Shown piece after piece: positions 56,390 to 64,000 of a stretch of 64,000 nucleotides of DNA (within the stretch, counting starts at the first letter, position 1; every line of letters begins with the position of its first letter). The stretch is from a bacterium (GTDB taxonomy: Bacteria > UBA8248). The stretch spans positions 352,001 through 416,000 of the forward strand of contig CBDCRP010000003.1 in NCBI GenBank assembly GCA_965221165.1, read 5' to 3'. A program made the position numbers and the translations under genes. Below the pieces are notes generated by a model, which had not been told where the DNA came from, did no database searches, and worked only from the letters and a program-made list of their open reading frames with translations.

Positions 56390-57624
56390 AGACGATCTAC
56401 TTCGACTGCTTTGCCGGTGCTGCGGGCGATATGCTCCTGGGCGCTTTGATAGACGTAGGCCTCGATTTCGCGGCGCTCGAAGGCGAGCTTGCGAAACTGG
56501 GAATCGATGGCTATTCCCTATCTTCTGAACCAGTTATCAAACAAGGAGTTTCGGCTAGAAAGTTCAGAGTGGACGTTACACAGGAAACCCGCCACCATCA
56601 CCACGAAGAGGGGGGCTCCCATCACGCGGAACACCACGGCCGCTCCTACAGCCAAATTCGGGAAATTCTCGAAAAAGCGCCGATTACGGAAACTCCCAAA
56701 AAACGCGCCATCTCGGCATTTCACCGCCTGGGAGTCGTGGAGGCGGGCATCCACGGCACGGACATCGACTCCATCCATTTCCACGAAGTGGGCGCGATTG
56801 ATTCCATCATCGACGTCACGGGCTATTTTCTGGGTCTCCACATGCTGGGTGTCGAGCGGGTTGCTGCCTCTCCCCTGCCGGTGGGACGCGGGTTCGTGCA
56901 ATGCGCGCACGGGCGGATGCCGGTTCCAGCACCCGCGACCGCGAAACTGCTCGAAGGCATACCCGTGGCGCAGGGCGATCTCGAGGGCGAGGTACTCACT
57001 CCAACGGGCGCTTTGCTCTTGAGCGAGAGCGCGGAATTTTTCGGTCCCATGCCCGAGATGACGATATCGCGGGTGGGCTACGGCGCGGGCGACAAGGACC
57101 AACCGAACACTCCCAACGCCGTTCGCGCCTTTTTGGGAGAAAGCGCATCGATTCCCGAGGGCGGGGGGCCTCCCACCACCATCGCCGTGCTGGAAGCCAA
57201 CATAGACGACATGAGTCCCGAGCTTTTCCCCCACGTCATAGAAGGCGCCTTGAAGGCGGGCGCGCTCGATGCGTTCTCCATACCCGTAACCGGCAAGAAA
57301 GGAAGGCCCGCGCAACTACTCACGATTTTAAGTCCCCTGTCCAGACAAGAGGCCCTCACCCGCTTTCTGTTCCGGGAGACATCGACCCTGGGCGTTCGCC
57401 ACCGCACGACGGGGCGCGCGGTCGCCGAGCGCGAGTGGATGGACGTCGCGCTCCCCTGGGGCGGGGTGCGCGTGAAAAAAGGAATTTTCGAGGGGAAGCT
57501 CACGAATCTCGCGCCCGAATACGAGGACTGCAAGCGCTTGGCGGAGGAAAACGGGGTACCGCTCAAGCAGGTGATCGAGGCGGCCCTCGCGCGCGCCAGA
57601 GACGCTCTGGGGGGCGAATCGTGA
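56386..57624 (+). CDS. larC: Nickel insertase LarC (single unsplit ORF)
   Basis: YFDC..G.AGDM, His-rich insert, HFHEVGAIDSIID, TPTGA, EANIDD, KKGRP, PEYED. GTGA overlap with larB. Confidence 0.95.
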   Translation: MKTIYFDCFAGAAGDMLLGALIDVGLDFAALEGELAKLGIDGYSLSSEPVIKQGVSARKFRVDVTQETRHHHHEEGGSHHAEHHGRSYSQIREILEKAPITETPKKRAISAFHRLGVVEAGIHGTDIDSIHFHEVGAIDSIIDVTGYFLGLHMLGVERVAASPLPVGRGFVQCAHGRMPVPAPATAKLLEGIPVAQGDLEGEVLTPTGALLLSESAEFFGPMPEMTISRVGYGAGDKDQPNTPNAVRAFLGESASIPEGGGPPTTIAVLEANIDDMSPELFPHVIEGALKAGALDAFSIPVTGKKGRPAQLLTILSPLSRQEALTRFLFRETSTLGVRHRTTGRAVAEREWMDVALPWGGVRVKKGIFEGKLTNLAPEYEDCKRLAEENGVPLKQVIEAALARARDALGGES

Positions 57625-57766
57625 GAATCCGTTTTCATGGATGCCGGCGAGAGGCCGATGACGGCCCGCCGGGAAGAACCAGAGGGCCGGCCATACAGAT
57701 CCGCTTTAACAGGTGATGCGTGATGCGCGGGGCAAACCCGGTGAGAAAGAGTCGAGGGGGTCGTCC

Positions 57767-58009
57767 ATGAAGATACGCCTTAAATTGTTCGCCGATTTCG
57801 CGGAGAAAATGCCGCCCGAACAGGACCCGGAGGGCGCCGCCGAAATTACGCTGCCCGAGGACGCGCGGGTGTACGACGTGCTCGATCGCTTCGAGATACC
57901 TTATGAGGAAGCCTATATCGTCCTGCTAGACGGCCGGCACGCGAAAAAATCGGCCGTGATACCCGAAGGATCCGAGCTTTGCGTGTTTCCGCCGATTGTG
58001 GGCGGATGA
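57767..58009 (+). CDS. ThiS/MoaD-family sulfur carrier (ubiquitin-like)
   Basis: 80 aa, MKIRLKLFA...FPPIVGG with C-terminal diglycine. GAGGGGG RBS. Confidence 0.88.
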   Translation: MKIRLKLFADFAEKMPPEQDPEGAAEITLPEDARVYDVLDRFEIPYEEAYIVLLDGRHAKKSAVIPEGSELCVFPPIVGG

Positions 58010-58028
58010 GGGTGAAAGGCAGGTCAAA

Positions 58029-58551
58029 CCCTCCTCCCGCAGGTCGGACATATATGTCCGCCACCCATACATGCGACCCATGTTCTACGGGCGAAAGGCC
58101 GGGCCGCATATATGCCTCCCCTACAAAAAACGATATCTCCCTCATCGGCCGGGAAAGGCGCAAACCCTCGCTCCCCGGGGTTGTTGAAAAACCCCTCCCC
58201 GCTAAGAATTGACCACTGCCGTTATTCCGGCGAAAGCCGGAATCCAGTGCCGAGCGGAATGGCAATACTCCGGCTTTTCATCTCCTCGTCATTGGCGGGG
58301 ATCAATCAGAAAATAAAAAACAAAGGCAAAACACATGGATTCCGGCATACGCCGGAATGACGAACAAAGGCAAGAAGCAATCCCTCCCGCATTGGTCGCC
58401 ATCCCTCCTCCCGCAGGTCGGACATATATGTCCGCCACCCATACGTGCGACCCATGTTCTACGGGCGAAGGGCCGGGCCGCATATATGCCTCCCCTACAA
58501 AAAACGATATCTCCCTCATCGGCCGGGAAAGGCGCAAACCCTCGCTCCCCG
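58029..58551. repeat. Two 149-bp direct repeats (58029-58177 and 58403-58551) flanking an ATTCC..GGAAT palindromic element (58221-58361)
   Basis: Copies differ at 2 positions by manual comparison, and each contains a REP-like pair ending CCCCTAC. Confidence 0.9.
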
Positions 58552-58680
58552 CTCGGGTTTGACCTCCCTCATTGGCCAGCAATCCCTCCCTCCTCGGTCG
58601 GGATTGACCCCTACCATGGTATTTCCGCTTTACCCGATCAGTTCGATATTCCCCTCCTCGCTCGGGATTGATCGTGCATC

Positions 58681-58960
58681 TCCCCGCACTTGCGATGCCG
58701 GTGAAATTTCGGGGTTTCGGTATGGTGCGGCCGCGCGTGATGTTGTTCGGCGGAAATGAGTGTCTGAAATTAAAGTGAAAAATAGTGAAAAAAGATGAAA
58801 AATTCGAAAAATATCTGAAAAATAATCGTGAATATAAAAGTTTATAATATACACTATTTCAAACAATTACGACATAAATATAAAGTAGTATAGTAATAAA
58901 ATCCCGGGATTTTCGCATAAAAAAAATTTTCAGCCCCCGCATTTCCCCGCATTTGCGCGC
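58681..58960. other. Non-coding element: TCCCCGCA(C/T)TTGCG boxes flanking phased GAAA tracts and an AT-rich stretch
   Basis: Boxes at 58681 and 58944. GAAA starts at 58766, 58777, 58787, 58797, 58806 and 58817. Confidence 0.7.
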
Positions 58961-59063
58961 GGGGGCTTTTCCCAAGGGGAGCATATTCGGAGCCGAAAAA
59001 TTCGAGGCGGCTCAAGTCAGGCAAGAGCCGCTCGGATGAGGATTCGAAAGGTGAGAGAAATAT

Positions 59064-59528
59064 CTAGCCTGCGTCCTTTTCCTTGCGCTCCACCATGATG
59101 GTGACGTCGCCCTCGTGGATGAGTTCATCCCTTTGATTCAAGAGCCTGAGCGCGAGCGTCACCAGCCCTTGGCCCTTACTGGAAACGCGCCTGGACTTCA
59201 CTACGACCTCGCCGGCAATCGTATCGCCGAACCGAATCGGACCGCGAAAGCGCCACTCCAGACCCAAAAACGCCTCGACCGTCCCCTCGACGATGCCGAG
59301 CCTGGTCACCAAACCCATGAGGAATGAAAGCCCGAGCAGTCCATGCCCCACCCTTTCCCCAAAAGGAGTTTTGGCCGCCGCCTCCGCATCGGTGTGCAGA
59401 TAGGTGTAATCACCCGTCAGGGCGGAGAAGGCGTTGACGTCGGACTCTCCTATTGTACGCGCAGCAGTCTTCCACGACCTGCCCTCTTCCAATTCCTCAT
59501 AAAACAAACCCGTAGCCTCGTATTCCAA
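59064..59528 (-). CDS. MaoC-like hotdog-fold dehydratase
   Basis: RTI.E.D..AF.ALTGD...LHTD...A..TPFGER..HG, F.GP...GDT. Confidence 0.9.
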   Translation of the reverse strand: MEYEATGLFYEELEEGRSWKTAARTIGESDVNAFSALTGDYTYLHTDAEAAAKTPFGERVGHGLLGLSFLMGLVTRLGIVEGTVEAFLGLEWRFRGPIRFGDTIAGEVVVKSRRVSSKGQGLVTLALRLLNQRDELIHEGDVTIMVERKEKDAG

Positions 59529-59538
59529 AACACGTTCC

Positions 59539-60375
59539 TCAGCGCAAAAGAAAACGGAAAGTGATTTCGCCCCATTGCTCCCTGTCGTCGGCGTCCGGGG
59601 GAAGAGGACTAAAGCGCCAGCGCTTCAGGTGATTCGAAGCCAAACCCTCGAGGTAAGCGCTCGCCTTTCTGATCGGGATGACGCGACCGACCGTACCATC
59701 CGGCAGCACCCAAAACTTCAAGACAATTTCCGTCGTGCTTTCGAGCCTCTCCAGTTTCGGTGGTTTCGGCTGAAACAGAATTCTCCGTCTTGCCGCCGGT
59801 CCTGCAATATCGGCTCGTTTTTTCGTCCTGGAATCGCGGGGAAAACTCAATCGCGATAATTCATCCAGCATTTTGCGGTCCGCTCTGGAATCCGAGAACG
59901 TGATTTTTTTTCTCCCCTTCAAACCTTTTGATTTTCCTGTGTTCTCTACCGGCAGCACGATTTCCCCCAGCCCTCCGCCTGGCTCCGAAATCTTTATCGG
60001 GGACACTTTTCCGGGCGCAAGCACCGGTTCCGGCATCTCTAACGCCGGAGGAGCAGGCAATGGCTTGCTCTCAGGCAGTACCCCCGGCTCGGGCGCTTCA
60101 AATTTCGCTTTCCTCTCAAGATCCAGGTTCCGCTCGATCGTAGTTTTTTTAGATAGCAATCGGCTCAAATCCAATGGTTTCGGCAAGGGAACTTCGGGCA
60201 ATGGCTTCGGCAGCAATGCTTCGGGTATGGGCACCTCCCGGCGTAAGAGGTCGACTTCCATTCTGTCAGGCTGTTTGGCGAAAATAGGCGATATTTTGAC
60301 CGCGGGCCCAAGCAGAACCAATCCCATATGAAGAGCGATGGAAACCAATAGCGTTAGAATCAATGAAAAGCTCAT
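59539..60375 (-). CDS. tonB: TonB-like energy transducer
   Basis: TM helix with SIALH motif, Pro-rich linker, C-terminal F.V.PDG.V...WRF.P. Downstream of exbBD. Confidence 0.8.
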   Translation of the reverse strand: MSFSLILTLLVSIALHMGLVLLGPAVKISPIFAKQPDRMEVDLLRREVPIPEALLPKPLPEVPLPKPLDLSRLLSKKTTIERNLDLERKAKFEAPEPGVLPESKPLPAPPALEMPEPVLAPGKVSPIKISEPGGGLGEIVLPVENTGKSKGLKGRKKITFSDSRADRKMLDELSRLSFPRDSRTKKRADIAGPAARRRILFQPKPPKLERLESTTEIVLKFWVLPDGTVGRVIPIRKASAYLEGLASNHLKRWRFSPLPPDADDREQWGEITFRFLLR

Positions 60376-60400
60376 GGTATTTGAGCCATCCTCCCTCGGG

Positions 60401-60826
60401 CTACTTCGTCGTCTTCTTCTGCACCCGCTTCGTCGGCGCCGTGGCAATCGACATTCGCAAAGCTCCCGCCTGCTTGGCAATATCCATCACTTGCACCACC
60501 AGACCATGAGGCACTCCTTTGTCTGCCCGAATGATGATCATACCCTCTCGCTGCACTTTCAACTCTTCTATCAATCGACCCCAGAGAGATTTAAGGGGTA
60601 TTTGATCGTTGTTCAAAAATACTCTTTTGTCACGCGCAATGATGAGGATTAAATCCTTGCGCACAGGATGTTCCTGCGTCACGGTCCGCGGCAACTCCAC
60701 CTTGACACCCGGTTGCAGAACAAATGAAGAACTCAAGACAAAGAACAACAGTAGCAAAAAGATAATGTCGATCATGGCTGTCATCCCGGGTTCCGCTCGC
60801 ACGCGCCTGAGGTCTCGAATTTTCAC
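60401..60826 (-). CDS. exbD: ExbD/TolR-family protein
   Basis: TAMIDIIFLLLLFF, V.LP, IRADK.V.HG.VV.VMD. Confidence 0.92.
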   Translation of the reverse strand: MKIRDLRRVRAEPGMTAMIDIIFLLLLFFVLSSSFVLQPGVKVELPRTVTQEHPVRKDLILIIARDKRVFLNNDQIPLKSLWGRLIEELKVQREGMIIIRADKGVPHGLVVQVMDIAKQAGALRMSIATAPTKRVQKKTTK

Positions 60827-60833
60827 TGTTTAC

Positions 60834-61436
60834 TCACCGCTTCAACGTCTCGACAACCCGGTAAGAGTGTTTTTCGATTTCCAAGATGAGACGGTCCGCC
60901 TTATTGGTGAAATAGTTGTAAAAAATGAGCGTGGGTATCGCTATGACGAGGCCCGTCGCCGTAGTAATGAGGGCCTCGCTGATGCCGCCGGCGAGTTGGC
61001 TGGGATGAGCGATTCCCTTCTCGCTAATGATGGCGAAAGTACGAATCATGCCGAAAACCGTCCCCGTGAGGCCCAGCAATGGCGATATGGCGGCGATAGT
61101 TCCCAGAGCGCCTAAATTCCTATCGAGCACGGTAACCTCCTGCCTGCCCGCATCCTCCACGATGGAACGGAGTTCCTCACGTTCTCTATCGTGATTCGCT
61201 ATCGTCAGGAGCAGTATCCTCCCCATGACCGAAGGATAGCGTCGGCAAAGCGTCATGGCATCAGACACCTGGTTCTCTGCAACCAAGTCTCTGACTTGTT
61301 GTAAAATGTCGATCTGAATGATTTTCTTGGTGCGCAGATTCAGAGTTCGCTCCAAGATGATGGCCAAAGCCAAGATGGAGCAAACACCCAATGGAACCAT
61401 CAGCACCCCACCCCTGGCCAAAAATTCGAACATCAA
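60834..61436 (-). CDS. exbB: ExbB/TolQ/MotA-family proton channel
   Basis: ISPLLGL.GTV.GMI..F, GGISEALITTA.GL.IAIP. Confidence 0.93.
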   Translation of the reverse strand: MMFEFLARGGVLMVPLGVCSILALAIILERTLNLRTKKIIQIDILQQVRDLVAENQVSDAMTLCRRYPSVMGRILLLTIANHDREREELRSIVEDAGRQEVTVLDRNLGALGTIAAISPLLGLTGTVFGMIRTFAIISEKGIAHPSQLAGGISEALITTATGLVIAIPTLIFYNYFTNKADRLILEIEKHSYRVVETLKR

Positions 61437-61473
61437 TAAGCACCTTTGAATAAATGGGATTTTTCAATTTTCA

Positions 61474-64000
61474 TTACTGTACACGACTTTTAATTTGTTT
61501 CGTAATTCGCTTAATAGCAATTCGAGCTTTTCGTCTAAATGCAGGATCGTCCACAACTTTTTTCACCTTTTGGTAAACCCGAAGGGCAATGGCGCGTTTG
61601 CCGGCTTTTTCATAGAGTTCGCCTGCACGTCCCAAGGCCCGCGCCACCCATATTTTCTGATCCGGGTATCGATAGATCAACTTCAAATACTCAGCAGCCG
61701 CTTTCGGGTCCTTGCGTTCATAGAATATCCGCGCGCGCACAAAGAACGCCTCCGCCGCCAGTTCCGGCGCTCCAAGTTCGACCGCGACCCCCAGCGCGCG
61801 TTGTGCATTGATATATTTCCTTCGTTTCCTAAAAATCTCGGCCGCCAGGAGCGCGGATTGACTTCGCAAGTCCACGCCTGCGGCGGATTCACTATTCATG
61901 GCCATCAAGAGGTGGGGGAGTGCAGCATCGTATTCCACTAACCGAACCAAGCAGCGGCCCAAGGCGAAACGAGCCAGCATTTCATAGCCATGGCCCGGAT
62001 ATGCCTCTAAAAACTCCTGAAGCCTCTGTTTTGCCTCTGCGCACCGGCCGATGCCGGCCAAGGTTTCACCGACGCCAAAAAGTCCATCCGCACGAAATCT
62101 AGCCGACGGATATTGGGTCAACAAAATCTCATACGAATCAAGGGCTTTGTCGATGTCTTTTCTAACCTTATGTATTCCCGCTATTCGCAACAGGGCTTGG
62201 GCAGCCAGATCATTACTCGCGTACTGGGCAATGACATCCTTATACGCTTTTAGAGCTTCCTCCAGATTCCTCTGTGTGAGCAAAACCTCGCCGATTTGAA
62301 AAGCCAGGGAAATACTCAAGTTACTTTCCGGATATTGGTCAATATACTCACGCGCACCCGATAGGAAGTTCACATACTCACCTAGTTGAAGGTGGCTGAG
62401 CAAACGACCATAGACGGCTTCTGAGAATTTCAGATGAGAAGGATACCTATTCATCATAAGACGATATAAGCGGTTCGCTTCTCTGTAGCGTCCTTCGTTG
62501 TACGATGAATCAGCCAGGCGCAAATATCCATCGCCTGCAAAGGAGGAATCTTTGTGTGATTCGAGAAAATCAAGAAGTTTCTGGCGGGCCAGGGAGTAGT
62601 TTCCTTTGCGGAAAGGAATCAATGCTAGAATATATTTTATTTCGGATACCGCTTTGCTCTTGGGGTAGCGCTTCAAAAAAGCATGAAAGTTCTTCTCCGC
62701 CGCATCAAAACGGCTACGCCTGAACAGCAATTTCGCTTTTTGGTATAGCGCTTCTTTGGCAACATCGCTTCCCCTGTATTTTTTCTCTACTCTCTCGAAA
62801 GATTGTAAAGCGCCATCATAGTTTCTGAGGTTGAAGCGAGCCTCTCCCGCACGGGAGAGAGCTTCCGGCGCCAAAACCCCACTCGGTTTGTGTTCAAAAA
62901 CCCGGTCAAAGGCAAGTGCTGCTTTTCTCCAGCTCTGTTTCCGGTATTGAACCCAAGCGAGCCCCCCCAAGGCGCGATAAAATTCAGGCGTATTCTTGGG
63001 AATTGCTCGAAACGCACGAGCAGCATCGTCAAGATTGCCCAATTCAAAAGCCGCTTCTCCATACCACAAAGCCGCCAGACCATCCTGGGAGACCGCGGGA
63101 TTCCTGCCCGCCGAGAAAGCCCAATGCTTGAGTACATCTCGGGCGCCCCTGAAGTCCTTGAGCCGAAATGCGGCAAAAGCCGTCGCCATCGCCGCGGAAC
63201 GAGCAGCATCACGCTCTGCCAGGCGATGAATGGAAACCGGCGGGTAATCAGCACCCAAACGCAGGATGCCGTAAGCGCGCTTTACTTTGCCGAGATGGTA
63301 TTGAGAAAGACCTTCCACAATCCTCGCTATACGATAGATTCTGCCGAGCGGGAACTCATCGCTTACCCTTCCCGCCAGAATCGATGCTTCTTCATACACC
63401 CCGATGCGGAATAACTTCCAAGCCAATTGAAGGCGCAAAGCGCCAACAAGCATTTTTCGGCGATTGGCGCGAGAGAATTCCAGAAGGCGCATCTTTAATT
63501 TTTTTAACCTTTCGTCAGATTTTTGGATTGACTCGATTTCAGAGGAAAACAAACCCGCCAGGACAAAAGCCTGGAGGGGATGTTCCGGGTGGCGACGCAT
63601 GAAAAGAGAAAAGGCACGCTTTGCTCCCTCGATTTGGCCCAAGAACAATCGCGCCCAGCCAATACCGTAAAGCGCTTCCCCCAGAAGTGTTTTATTAAAC
63701 TTACCTCCACTCGCACCGAGCGCCTCAGCCGCCGTGTAGCGTTTTTCCGCCTGAACATAATTTCGTTTTTGCAGATAGAAATGTCCGAGAGCCACGAGCG
63801 CTTTAAGCGCCAGTCGCCCCTTGTTATCAGCTAGTATCGTCCATGTATCGAGCGCTTCATCGATTGAACCTGCTTTCGCTTGCGCCAAGCCTTTCAGGAA
63901 AATCGCCTCATCATAGGCAAGTTTACCCTTAACCCACGATTGCCCCTCCAATAGACCCAGACACCCCTCATAATCACGCGCCTCGCAATGTTCTTGCGCA
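61474..64000 (-). CDS. Large tetratricopeptide-repeat protein, 5' end outside window
   Basis: Many TPR units (A....F...L..YP.S...A). Frame stays open to the window edge. Confidence 0.88.
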   Translation of the reverse strand, partial: AQEHCEARDYEGCLGLLEGQSWVKGKLAYDEAIFLKGLAQAKAGSIDEALDTWTILADNKGRLALKALVALGHFYLQKRNYVQAEKRYTAAEALGASGGKFNKTLLGEALYGIGWARLFLGQIEGAKRAFSLFMRRHPEHPLQAFVLAGLFSSEIESIQKSDERLKKLKMRLLEFSRANRRKMLVGALRLQLAWKLFRIGVYEEASILAGRVSDEFPLGRIYRIARIVEGLSQYHLGKVKRAYGILRLGADYPPVSIHRLAERDAARSAAMATAFAAFRLKDFRGARDVLKHWAFSAGRNPAVSQDGLAALWYGEAAFELGNLDDAARAFRAIPKNTPEFYRALGGLAWVQYRKQSWRKAALAFDRVFEHKPSGVLAPEALSRAGEARFNLRNYDGALQSFERVEKKYRGSDVAKEALYQKAKLLFRRSRFDAAEKNFHAFLKRYPKSKAVSEIKYILALIPFRKGNYSLARQKLLDFLESHKDSSFAGDGYLRLADSSYNEGRYREANRLYRLMMNRYPSHLKFSEAVYGRLLSHLQLGEYVNFLSGAREYIDQYPESNLSISLAFQIGEVLLTQRNLEEALKAYKDVIAQYASNDLAAQALLRIAGIHKVRKDIDKALDSYEILLTQYPSARFRADGLFGVGETLAGIGRCAEAKQRLQEFLEAYPGHGYEMLARFALGRCLVRLVEYDAALPHLLMAMNSESAAGVDLRSQSALLAAEIFRKRRKYINAQRALGVAVELGAPELAAEAFFVRARIFYERKDPKAAAEYLKLIYRYPDQKIWVARALGRAGELYEKAGKRAIALRVYQKVKKVVDDPAFRRKARIAIKRITKQIKSRVQ

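Noticed and set aside
56386-57624. Programmed frameshift in larC, as in split larC1/larC2 genes
   Set aside because: The ORF is continuous through both domains.
58007-58009. Selenocysteine read-through at the TGA ending the ThiS/MoaD gene
   Set aside because: The protein ends in the functional Gly-Gly, and the downstream hairpins belong to REP-like repeats.
58029-58551. CRISPR array or repeat-encoded small proteins (ORFs 57979, 58112, 58335, 58357, 58445)
   Set aside because: Only two 149-bp units, no repeat-spacer periodicity and no cas genes. The ORFs are translations of palindromic repeats.

Overview
Bacterial chromosomal window, GC-rich (roughly 60% by eye), with about 55 protein-coding genes. 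I found no rRNA, tRNA, CRISPR array, integrase or transposase. Housekeeping and metabolic genes include nfi, rel, ddl, apbC, etfBA, pgk, a cystathionine synthase/lyase pair, msrP, a DEAD-box helicase, HU, hisC, larEBC plus a ThiS/MoaD carrier, and TPR-exbB-exbD-tonB. Highlights: (1) a deiodinase-like selenoprotein that the ORF track splits in two at an in-frame TGA (48735) followed by a bacterial SECIS-like hairpin; (2) a Cfa-family lipid methyltransferase split into two genes with a geranylgeranyl-reductase-like gene between the halves; (3) a dispersed Rieske/cytochrome b complex with an octaheme cytochrome c and two unannotated small membrane proteins (55 and 35 aa); (4) a DUF1611 / ATP-grasp / nucleotide-transporter-HEAT-cNMP gene run; (5) an SprT/WLM-like metalloprotease ending in a possible beta-clamp-binding motif; (6) a 1.85-kb insertion bounded by a duplicated gene 3' end with mostly synonymous differences; (7) two related non-coding elements with helically phased A-tracts, plus many REP/MITE-like palindromes. 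All family assignments come from motif recognition by eye, not database searches.
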